From an uncultured Christensenella sp. (GTDB lineage Bacteria > Bacillota > Clostridia > Christensenellales > UBA1242), in NCBI GenBank assembly GCA_964579205.1, contig CAZOFH010000004.1:3172-67171 (forward strand): a stretch of DNA of 64,000 bases, in the 5' to 3' direction. The notes under the pieces are model-generated. The model had not been told where the DNA came from and did no database searches. It was given only the letters and a program-made list of their open reading frames with translations. The stretch's first letter is position 1. Every line of letters starts with the position of its first letter. The position numbers were made by a program, and so were the translations under genes. Shown here in pieces: positions 31,101-38,379 of the stretch.

Positions 31101-34100
31101 GGCGTTTTTGTCGAGCGCTTTGGCAGTGATGAGATATGAATACTCACCTGCTAGGTAGTATGGGTCTCTAGTCTGCTCGTTTAGCCCAGCAGCGTCATTC
31201 CAAAAGAATTTAGTCATATCAAAGTAGATATTGTCTTGGCTATCTATGTAGAATAGATCGCTATCGTTTTGTTTGAATTCATACGCGATACCGTCCTCTG
31301 TCACAGTAAGCAGCACGCGAGCGTACTTTTCGGCAATCTTGCCATTTGTGTCCTTGAGCGTAACCTTGTACTGTGCCACCATATCGTATGCATTGACAGG
31401 CAAGTTCCACATTAGGTGCCCATTGATTTTGTACTGAGTAGAGGTATCTTGGTTGAGCGCGTTTATCTCGGTCACTATGCTCACCACTTGATTTTCTACC
31501 GCAGCGGTAGCGAATTCTTGGAGCGCGGTGGTGTAGACGAATGGCGTAGTAGTCACGATGTCGCTCACAATGTAGTATTGCCTATCAGCCTCGCTAATAG
31601 CGCTCGAACCAGTCTGTCTCACCTCAAACCAAACATTGTGAGGTCCCATCGCCTTGATTTCCTCGTACAACTGGATGCCGACATTTTGCGAACCATTGAA
31701 GGTAGCCGTCCTATTGGCGAGAGTGGCGAAGGTGGTCTCGGTATTGCTATTGTAGTAGTCGTGGTATTTTACCACTACCGAATAGATAGTCGCGCTGCTA
31801 GAATTTGCGAATGACACATTCACCTTGTTGATATTGTGCCTTGCGGCATCGCTATAGCCGAGTTCTACACGAGGGTCGCTAGGGGCGCTGAATTTTTGAT
31901 ACATATTGACATCAAAAGTCTCAGTCAAGTGCTGACTAGCGGTGTCGGTATCTAGTCTGTATACATTGACGCCGTCTACATAATAGTAGTAGTCGAGCAA
32001 TTCGGTAGAAGTGTACGGCATCAGGGTGATTTCGTTCGCCCCAGCGCGCCACAGGCTACCTAGGCTTTGCTTGGTCGCATTCGCAATGCTATCATAGTCG
32101 ATTTGGGTTACACTGCTAGTCTTGTCTAGCATACCAATGTCGGTACCGTTTACCCAAATACGGTAGTTGGTAGTGCGGTTTTGCATCATACCCGTCTGAG
32201 TAATCACGAGGTATTTTCTATTGAAGCCATAGCGTGTCTCATAGTCAGCAAGGCTCGCCTGCATTGCACTCTCATCAGCAGCATAGACTATCTGCCCATT
32301 CTGCACATTGCTAGCACCAAAGAAACATTCTGGAGCGATGGCAAACGCCTCGGCGGTCACCTTGGTCACACCGAATTTGTTTTTGTAAGTGCCGCTAAAG
32401 TCTGTCGCAGCCGAGTCAGTGCTGTACTCAGTATCTAACCCTAGCACCTGAATATTGAGGCTATAGTCGCCAGTAGGCATAGTACGCGTAGGGTCATAGC
32501 CTAGGTCTGTGCCGCCCACGAGGTCGAGCCCCGAGAAGGTCAAGGTGTATGAGTAATATCCTCCACCAAGAGTACTATTATAACTATTAGCGAACTTGCT
32601 CCCCACGCTAGCCATATCTACAGGATATGCAGTACCAGTAGACAAGTTCACAAAGTTGATAGCGAATCTCTCTGCCGCGAGGTTCTCTCCCAAGTTCCAC
32701 GACAGCACGGTAGCAAAGTCGCCTTTGCTATTACCTATCGTGGTAAATGCTGCTCCATAAGGGGCTGCGTGTGCCGCATATTTTACAAACTCGACACTTG
32801 CCTCGCTAGTAGTAGTCACATAAATCCTATTCGTTTCGTCAGACACGGCTTTTACATACAGGGTGTACTCACCTGCCGCCAATCCAGCGAAGCCACTCAA
32901 ATCCTCTGTCGAAGTAGTAGCGGTCGCAGCACAGTCAAATGTACCACTGAGCACGCTAGTAGCAATTCTCCAAGAGTACTTGGTCACATAAGGGATATTG
33001 GTCATCGTCATTTGACCAGCCTCAGCATCCACGGTCAAACCAGTAGGCACACCAGTCACCACGAGTGGCAATACGACTGTACCTGTACAAGACTTACCAG
33101 CGTATGCTACGATTGAGCCTGTGTAGTAGTTATCCGAAATGACAATTTCATAACTTGCGTTTTGCCCCCCTGCAGTAGCGATGAGCCTAGACACTACATC
33201 GGCAGGCAGCGTAAATGACTGACTAGTCAAATCTGTCTCAATTATGCTACCCGCGATGCTGACACTGTATTTTTGACCAGTGAAGAGCGTGGTGTTGTTT
33301 GAAGCGTGCGTGATAGTACCGCTGAATGTACCAGTAGTCGCATTGTATGTCACATCCAAGGTTGCGTCGCCAGTCGTAGCGGAATTGATGAATACACTAC
33401 CAGCCGTACCTGTATATGTAGCGAGCGTAGTCGCACTCACGCGCGGTCTTACCACTGCATTGGTTATCCTAAAGTCTACAATGTATGCCTGACTAGTGTA
33501 TTGCTCTGGTAGACTAAAGGTAAATGAATTGGTCGTGAGCGTAGGTGTCGTACTATGATTACTAATCGTACTGCCTGCGCCATCCTTGATGCTCAATGTA
33601 TAAGTATATTCTATAGTATAAGCATCGTTGTTGCTATAGTTTGCATCCTCGTCCCAAGTCACAGTGACGCTCTGCCCTGCCTGCGTAAACTCAAAGTTGG
33701 TTGGCGCAGACATCTGCCCTACGGTGTAGTTATAATTCGTCACGCTAGCAGTGTACCAGTCTGCATTTGTGCCGCTCGGGGTCGCAGTAATCGCAAAGTC
33801 GATTGACAAGCCCGTAGCAGGCGAATCTGTGAGCAAGGTGCGCAATATAGCAGTATCAGCGCTCGTCGTGTAATCGAGAGTGAATACCACCTTGCCATCG
33901 ATAGGAGTAGATTGGGTCAGAGTGAACGAATATGGAGTACTGTCGTATTCAAAAGCCATTGTCGCGCCATACCCGATATTTAACCCCGTCTCAGTCACGC
34001 CGTTGAACTTGAGGGTCAATACCTTGCTATCCGTGGTATTCGTCCAGCCGAACTGCATCCCGCTCACATTGTCGAGAGGCATTGCGCAAGTGATAGACTG

Positions 34101-37100
34101 CTGCACGCCCCACGGACTAGCGACATAAATACCGTTGTTGGTCGCACGAATACGTACTGAGTATTCGCCGCGAATATTGCCAAACATTTCGGTAGTGAGG
34201 CTCACTTGCCCACCACTATTCACGGTCTTTGCGCTGAATACTTGTGCAATGCCGTCCTTGGTAATTTCGATATCGATATTGCTGTTGCCATTAGCGTCGA
34301 GATTAGCAATCGTCATCACCACAGGACTATCAGCGGTCACAGTGTCGCCACTAAGCGTAAATGTCGGGGTAGACAGTTGACGCTGATACGCGAGTCTAGC
34401 AGTGGTCTCGTTCGAAGCGGTCAAAATTTCGCCTTCATAAATCTCGCTCATCGTGAATGCCTGCGTGCGGAAGAACAGCAGGAAAGTCCCTTCGTTCTTG
34501 TCCTTGAGCCACTGCATAGCGGCAGCATCTAGGGTAACGCTCACCTTGCCCGCCTCGGCAGCAGCAGTGAGAGCGAACCACTTCGTCTGCCCGTTCACCT
34601 TGTATTCGTCGCCAGCCAAAGTACTGAGCCTTGCCTCGACTACTAGGTTTTGAGCCGTAATAGTAGTCCCATCGACGATATTCGCGGTAACAGCATCACT
34701 CATCAACATGATTTGGCTGCCCTCGAGGTCTTGGGTCGCAGACACATTGTTTGGCTTTGGCGCTGTGGCGATGTGAATGTACTGTTTGGTAGCCGAACTC
34801 GTATCCGTGCCTCGTTTTGCCGTCACAGTCACATTGTAGCGCCCCGCAGTAGTGATGTTTAGGTTGATATAAATATACATATCGCTATCTTCGTCCACAT
34901 TTTGCGTGATAGCCGTGCCGCCATTCACTGTCACCGAATACTGCTCCGCCAAAGGCTGTACCAAGATTTTGGCGCAGACTTGGTTTTGCAATGAAGCGAC
35001 AGTGCCGTTGTAAGTCACGACTTCAAAAGCGGGCGCGATAAGTGTGTTACTGAGTGCCCAAGTATATTGCGCTGCCTCAGAATTGTTTATATTAGCGTCG
35101 TCCGAATGCGCAACAACAGAGAATACATAGTTGCCTGCGCCTTTTGCATTGAATAGAGTGACGGTATTCAGCCTAATCACCACTTCGCCCGCATCCGACA
35201 CATATTCGCCGCACGGCATAGAAATGCCTGACACCGCGGTGCCGTTGTGAGTCGCAGTGACTAAATAACTATCCGCGCCCGTCACAGCATCCCATTGCAG
35301 ATAAGTGTTGTCCGTCGCCGTCACAAAACTATCCTCATCCACCTTGGCTAGTGTAGTGTGTTTTGTATAATTTACCGCGGTAGCGTCGGCAGAAAGCCCA
35401 GATACAGAATGAATAGTCGCAGTTATGTGGTATGTACCAGCGTCCAAAGACGCGCTTTCGCTGCCCTTGATGAGGGTACGCAAATTGTACACAAAAACAT
35501 TCTCAATAACAGTGCTAGTAGCGTCGTCATACATTTCGCTACGCAAAATCGAGCCAGTGAGCATCGCCCTACCGTCGAGCGAAATCGAATAGTCGACTTT
35601 TTGGGTAAACGCGAGCGCTTCACTCGCCAAAGTAATGGTCAAGTCCTCAGTCGTCTCGTTTACCGACAGCACAGGCGCAGTAATGTCATAATCGTTGGTG
35701 ATTTGCTCGGCAATCACCTTATAATCGGTGATATAGTCTTGCTTGGTTAGCGTGCCGCCGTCGACACTCTTTACACCGGCGTAAATAGTCACCGTGGTAG
35801 TCGCATACAGCGGCAAATCCGCACTTGCGCCCTCAATAGTCGCACGATATACCGCGCGGTCAGTTTCTAGAGTCATCATCTTTGGTGCGCCGTCGCCGAA
35901 TTTGGCAGCATAGCCAGTCACCCTACTGTCAAAGCGGTCGATGCTGATTTCTGCATAGCGCGCACCTGCTTCGTCCGTCAAAATCCTGCACTCAATGTCC
36001 GCCGTACCAGTAATCTCGTGGACATAACTGTATGCCTTGGTCGTGACATCGCTGTCGCTATATTTGCCCGAAATCGCCATACAATGGATGCGGAAAGTGT
36101 TATCGCCCAAAACGAGCGCGTTGGTCACAGCAATACTATTGGTAGTCGCAGTCAAGATGAACCCGCCGAGCGAAATCTCGTATTGTGTCGCAGTAGGCAC
36201 CGCAGTCCAACTAGCCACAATATTGCTACCCGATTTTGCGAAAACAATCGAGTCGGCGTCTACCTTTGCGTGTTTGAATACATCCGCATAGGTGTAGTTG
36301 ACTATGCGGCTGTCCATTAATTTGCTACTATCGTCAGTCGGAGCCAGCGCCACTAGGTTAAATTCGTAATTCTTTGGCTCGGTCATACTCCCCAAGACAT
36401 TCTGCACTAGAGTAACGTCCACGATTTGCCCACTGGTGTAGCCGTCAGGTTGCGGAATGGTCACGGTAGCAGTCTCGATGAGGTTACCACCGGAGATAGT
36501 CAATCTATAACTTTGTGCCGCAGCGCTGCCGTTAAAGGAGAATTTTACCGTGCTAGCACCCGCCGCATCGTACTCGCGTACGCAAGACAGTGCGGTCGGC
36601 GCGTCAATCCTAGTCTTGTAATCAAAGAAAGTGTCCGCAGTTGGGTCAGACGGGGTAAAGAACCTGCTCGCCTCCTCTGACGGCATAGTAGTGACAGTCA
36701 GCGCATAACGCCCTGCTAGCATATTCTTTTCTTTCATCTTGTCAGACAGGGTGAATGACTCAGTGCCGGCACTCAGCGAAAAGTCAAACGCCTTGAGCCC
36801 GCGCACGTCCTGCCCGCCCGAAATAGTCGCGTAATATACGATACAGTAATACGAACCTATGTACTCGATATTAGCCAAGTTTTGGTTCTGCCCTACCCAA
36901 CTAGCCGTCACGCGCTCGTCCGAACTAGATTGAATGTCGACAGCGCCTACAGGATTGAGTTTTGTAATAGTCGAATATGAGCGGCTCCATTCTGAAAAGT
37001 CAGCATCCTGCATATATTGCTGGGTAGATTGTGCACACGCCTTGATACGCGCCTGCACCTCTTGGTACCCAAATTCATTACTTAGAGCGACAGTGTAACG

Positions 37101-38261
37101 CGTGCCAAAAATATCATCTTTGTTCTCGAATGAGTGGAAAGTATCCGAGCCGCTCACCCTACCCTGCAGATTGATAGTGTAGTCGCCTGCCAAAGGAATC
37201 GCTTCCCAAGTCACGACTAGGGTGTTGCCCTCCATAAATACCTCGATTGAGTCGCTAGACACCGTGCCCAGTTTTTGGTAAACGGTATACAATAGCACAT
37301 TACTCTGCTGAGGTGTGAGGTTCAAGCCCTCGATAGTCTCAGGCACAGCCACGATATACACGATATGCTCGCCAATGGTGTCACTTTTTTGATAAGTGCC
37401 GAGGTTGAGAGTGTACTCGGTCATAGCGCCGAATTGTGTGCGCGGAATGGTGGCAATCTGTTCATTACCCAGCCAAACCTGATACTCGCGAGCGTACTGG
37501 TCTACAGCCCAAGAAATGCTGCGAGCGTCGCCTTTTTGCATCTGCGCGCCAGTCTCAAAATTGGCAGTCAGCACAGGCGCAGCAAAAGTCCCTGCCTTGA
37601 TATAAGTCTTGGCTTCACTATACTCACTGTCTAGAATGTACGAATTTGAGGTGGCGGTCACACGGTCATAAGAGGTCGCCTTTACCTTAACGGTAAAACG
37701 CACCACATCAGGATGAGCAGCAATATATTCCGACAAATCAAACTCGGTAGTCGACGATGACTGCTCTACTGGCGTCTCGTTGGCTGCCTCGATGAGCAAA
37801 CTATAACTTTTCGCCTCGCTCACCCGCCCCCAAGAGAACTTGTTAGCGCTGAGAGACACACCCTCTGGGGTGGCTAGCGTCATATATTTTGCCTTGGATA
37901 CCGGAGCGGACATATCTGAGTGATAACTAGATAGGCTGTGCATCGCACGCACGGCAAAGGTGTGCAGTCCGACGGTCGCATACCTGCTCACGTCCAAGCG
38001 ATTGGTCTGGATTACCTCATTGTTTTGACCGTCGATCAGCACGTAATACTTATTCGCGCGGTCGACCAAATCAAAGGTCAATATCCAGTCGTCACTAACG
38101 ACCAAATTCTTGGGAGTAGCCAGTTTTTCGGTCAAAATACCGTCGTCCAGCTCCCCCTTGCTGCCGCCATTGCTAGCGATAGCGACAATACCTGCGACCA
38201 TAATGCCTATAAAAACGAGTATTGCTATCACTATTGTGGCGATTTTTGTTTTCTTTGTCAT
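25110..38261 (-). CDS. Giant surface protein B (about 4,383 aa): N-terminal TM, FN3/Ig-like repeats, PST linker, amphipathic C-terminal tail
   Basis: Uninterrupted 13.1 kb ORF; AAGGAG before MTKKTKI at 38261; repeated L.TP..L....LTW..V..A..Y.V FN3-like units; colinear paralog of 40638-54032. Confidence 0.9.
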   Translation of the reverse strand: MTKKTKIATIVIAILVFIGIMVAGIVAIASNGGSKGELDDGILTEKLATPKNLVVSDDWILTFDLVDRANKYYVLIDGQNNEVIQTNRLDVSRYATVGLHTFAVRAMHSLSSYHSDMSAPVSKAKYMTLATPEGVSLSANKFSWGRVSEAKSYSLLIEAANETPVEQSSSTTEFDLSEYIAAHPDVVRFTVKVKATSYDRVTATSNSYILDSEYSEAKTYIKAGTFAAPVLTANFETGAQMQKGDARSISWAVDQYAREYQVWLGNEQIATIPRTQFGAMTEYTLNLGTYQKSDTIGEHIVYIVAVPETIEGLNLTPQQSNVLLYTVYQKLGTVSSDSIEVFMEGNTLVVTWEAIPLAGDYTINLQGRVSGSDTFHSFENKDDIFGTRYTVALSNEFGYQEVQARIKACAQSTQQYMQDADFSEWSRSYSTITKLNPVGAVDIQSSSDERVTASWVGQNQNLANIEYIGSYYCIVYYATISGGQDVRGLKAFDFSLSAGTESFTLSDKMKEKNMLAGRYALTVTTMPSEEASRFFTPSDPTADTFFDYKTRIDAPTALSCVREYDAAGASTVKFSFNGSAAAQSYRLTISGGNLIETATVTIPQPDGYTSGQIVDVTLVQNVLGSMTEPKNYEFNLVALAPTDDSSKLMDSRIVNYTYADVFKHAKVDADSIVFAKSGSNIVASWTAVPTATQYEISLGGFILTATTNSIAVTNALVLGDNTFRIHCMAISGKYSDSDVTTKAYSYVHEITGTADIECRILTDEAGARYAEISIDRFDSRVTGYAAKFGDGAPKMMTLETDRAVYRATIEGASADLPLYATTTVTIYAGVKSVDGGTLTKQDYITDYKVIAEQITNDYDITAPVLSVNETTEDLTITLASEALAFTQKVDYSISLDGRAMLTGSILRSEMYDDATSTVIENVFVYNLRTLIKGSESASLDAGTYHITATIHSVSGLSADATAVNYTKHTTLAKVDEDSFVTATDNTYLQWDAVTGADSYLVTATHNGTAVSGISMPCGEYVSDAGEVVIRLNTVTLFNAKGAGNYVFSVVAHSDDANINNSEAAQYTWALSNTLIAPAFEVVTYNGTVASLQNQVCAKILVQPLAEQYSVTVNGGTAITQNVDEDSDMYIYINLNITTAGRYNVTVTAKRGTDTSSATKQYIHIATAPKPNNVSATQDLEGSQIMLMSDAVTANIVDGTTITAQNLVVEARLSTLAGDEYKVNGQTKWFALTAAAEAGKVSVTLDAAAMQWLKDKNEGTFLLFFRTQAFTMSEIYEGEILTASNETTARLAYQRQLSTPTFTLSGDTVTADSPVVMTIANLDANGNSNIDIEITKDGIAQVFSAKTVNSGGQVSLTTEMFGNIRGEYSVRIRATNNGIYVASPWGVQQSITCAMPLDNVSGMQFGWTNTTDSKVLTLKFNGVTETGLNIGYGATMAFEYDSTPYSFTLTQSTPIDGKVVFTLDYTTSADTAILRTLLTDSPATGLSIDFAITATPSGTNADWYTASVTNYNYTVGQMSAPTNFEFTQAGQSVTVTWDEDANYSNNDAYTIEYTYTLSIKDGAGSTISNHSTTPTLTTNSFTFSLPEQYTSQAYIVDFRITNAVVRPRVSATTLATYTGTAGSVFINSATTGDATLDVTYNATTGTFSGTITHASNNTTLFTGQKYSVSIAGSIIETDLTSQSFTLPADVVSRLIATAGGQNASYEIVISDNYYTGSIVAYAGKSCTGTVVLPLVVTGVPTGLTVDAEAGQMTMTNIPYVTKYSWRIATSVLSGTFDCAATATTSTEDLSGFAGLAAGEYTLYVKAVSDETNRIYVTTTSEASVEFVKYAAHAAPYGAAFTTIGNSKGDFATVLSWNLGENLAAERFAINFVNLSTGTAYPVDMASVGSKFANSYNSTLGGGYYSYTLTFSGLDLVGGTDLGYDPTRTMPTGDYSLNIQVLGLDTEYSTDSAATDFSGTYKNKFGVTKVTAEAFAIAPECFFGASNVQNGQIVYAADESAMQASLADYETRYGFNRKYLVITQTGMMQNRTTNYRIWVNGTDIGMLDKTSSVTQIDYDSIANATKQSLGSLWRAGANEITLMPYTSTELLDYYYYVDGVNVYRLDTDTASQHLTETFDVNMYQKFSAPSDPRVELGYSDAARHNINKVNVSFANSSSATIYSVVVKYHDYYNSNTETTFATLANRTATFNGSQNVGIQLYEEIKAMGPHNVWFEVRQTGSSAISEADRQYYIVSDIVTTTPFVYTTALQEFATAAVENQVVSIVTEINALNQDTSTQYKINGHLMWNLPVNAYDMVAQYKVTLKDTNGKIAEKYARVLLTVTEDGIAYEFKQNDSDLFYIDSQDNIYFDMTKFFWNDAAGLNEQTRDPYYLAGEYSYLITAKALDKNAAEANGRIYDPSEPNFGYKKFVYQNINYPVAPENAVIDKNGILTWTYDTTSDIFTSGAPTFVVQITTHKAADDAVIQTITLDPTTVTQMDISSYLVAGGADRNDVVVYRVSPNDYYEDSLPAVALFATDYPTNGIMPEITASWTTKYNVEYSISAPESKINSVFNELEANDAGAKFVISMLRVSPAVAAELGESETYDALAARDDITFTQIIFDDIVFGLSDGVSDTGYRYNLLNAIEAQNKSADWLDGSNFISGRYFVKVAFVATGHPYYNPAVANIVRDVKSVWTVVNEGNTTLTGEYLTTKDRTESIPAPQNGNDRNWAEAERRNAVLGFDVYTIKDYLGVAHLPQSVTVRVKLWDGTAFVTDRIFENTYSLPSLASLVSDPNASYKTSADGETEIRRVSGTSEYYSVRINIHKLFDTAEPYASNYAGVYYLDYILNENSVGSASDALHSDGSAWYSFSRDICHFTVIPTPILDYRLDMQSIGTDYVYVLNWVLTPNQYTYVVNTDVDYNLNIYAFQRNADGTYACDDAYNAQDVAGKQFFLQNETAGLTQATSYGFAIEKMLRNHSTVYQKDGRRCYINEPTNTGLDLTPNMYYKFFVYLTPRVSSGDANVRYYLTSETSLPQEYVYKAISVQHYGTEITSSIPEVYVVEEQENYLGAKVYDIHSNQDTNNYNNAFELFVYDTQDPNAFVTNTWMLDQEANGTYLAHYIITTLNNVASNGNSVPLYAVDTSLYVDGKNQPLEYLRKADGSLRQVGILHNSSIEIFDLTLAELLGEERAYTPITYYCKIKSWINNNEINANAFVSDGMLQDVELYGEEWVRKYITTDDARVADYVAALTEQGVNRVVAKADFNAYNPSYYFAFQHTIRFADPAISKVEIVNNEGASDVNGECVVEYISTNSGVTGGYIVADSDADYSIKVYLNNVYSADPIIRQDKYIQLSVSTFEYEQTSDGILDFDAATLSQVKNATLKVHYDGEISFVVLSKSSAETNARAIFNWIDSQLPNKIYFAVTAVMGAADAIDNAGGANTGNKFLPNAQDTNKSNAGYGNIVRKWASSSLSPSVSLIVKKQYAAPQITFKFDNTVSKNLVGANATQTITYGADTNILANGDYAGLALNPYLFVDGASYAIIGAQGGGQADYGYEYVGLSNRSDTTYEVVFAYGTRQEQYSFSTKDINATLTKFTQAVNANPARFDYSTYQDVYPYEVACLYQKFYNLINGNNTNAGDYHGGKITAKIRVVAPNNAAAAGYWVTSDYREGASLDFYVRLETVRTSFDATEATFADPSGAYNIATMYANEGFHYYYQGYIPFHYDAIAKNVNYRVTLTRANLQSAGNLVYSYDTLRQAGKDYQHCQWTPTGTGTNIGNLADILGIDLFTTNDPDLNQWMLEREWSINILAYADETLQSQFVARGFDSQARAYTPKLKLVNDITAVNIRMDVNNTTYTVGEFVAENVSVNTNSRSNYNLAASKALFTYNIGNGAQTKIINIKQNIGAECYIDMIYEFIDQVFIDNENIIGNKYTYSVRLYNDIEGVEESMDKTDLVFEYYRQIKASDFTATIQQGTTSNDYMTITASVGQNMTITGMNVGLHQTVLSSGNTTTSSLKTLSRTAVGQNYRFDTTWSFNRSRADCFVGGVSGAFSESETKRLTEDGYVTSANLGNLQAGYNVFYIYPIQDEANAKYNLWPSGAYLERKAKFVVPSTFDPTISLTYSTSSEGGTTEAGSRYVSGGYYYRDYYTTAYYRYVNMIQADISNASGYGVNARWTYGWKKKSGESSCTKSDFTNNGSTASLTNATYVTLSGNPNYANYTITLTVKSGYESYFVNSSVSKSINPDLSSDHTERTFLKSVRGSKVPTPSTPSTPSTPSTPSTPSTPSEPDPEPEPEPSSPSTPSSSTASPADKIIAGTVGFITGIMGGGKDNIAYEGTKELVESISNVGIVGDVVSTVIDLGGEVAAAASKVVEVANDIGKNVVDTVAEGVTGLYESGKNLLGKLKFW
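25425..25543 (-). repeat. Coding low-complexity (TPS)n/(EP)n linker
   Basis: gtactcggagtgctaggc tandem units encoding PTPSTPSTPSTPSTPSTPSEPDPEPEPEPSSPSTP. Confidence 0.85.
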
Positions 38262-38307
38262 AATTGTACTCCTTGACACATGTGACAATAAATTTAACTA
38301 AAAATTA

Positions 38308-38348
38308 TTATCCACAATAATTATACAAAAATACAAAAAATAGGTCAA
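38308..38348 (-). promoter_or_regulatory. sigmaA promoter of giant B with a downstream DnaA-box consensus
   Basis: TTGACC (38348-38343)-17 bp-TATAAT (38325-38320); TTATCCACA at 38308-38316. Confidence 0.75.
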
Positions 38349-38365
38349 ACAAATTGACCTATTTT
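38337..38365 (-). terminator. Hairpin after the Cys-rich gene, overlapping the -35 of giant B
   Basis: AAAATAGGTCAA-acaaa-TTGACCTATTTT. Confidence 0.65.
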
Positions 38366-38379
38366 GACAAATTTTTTAA

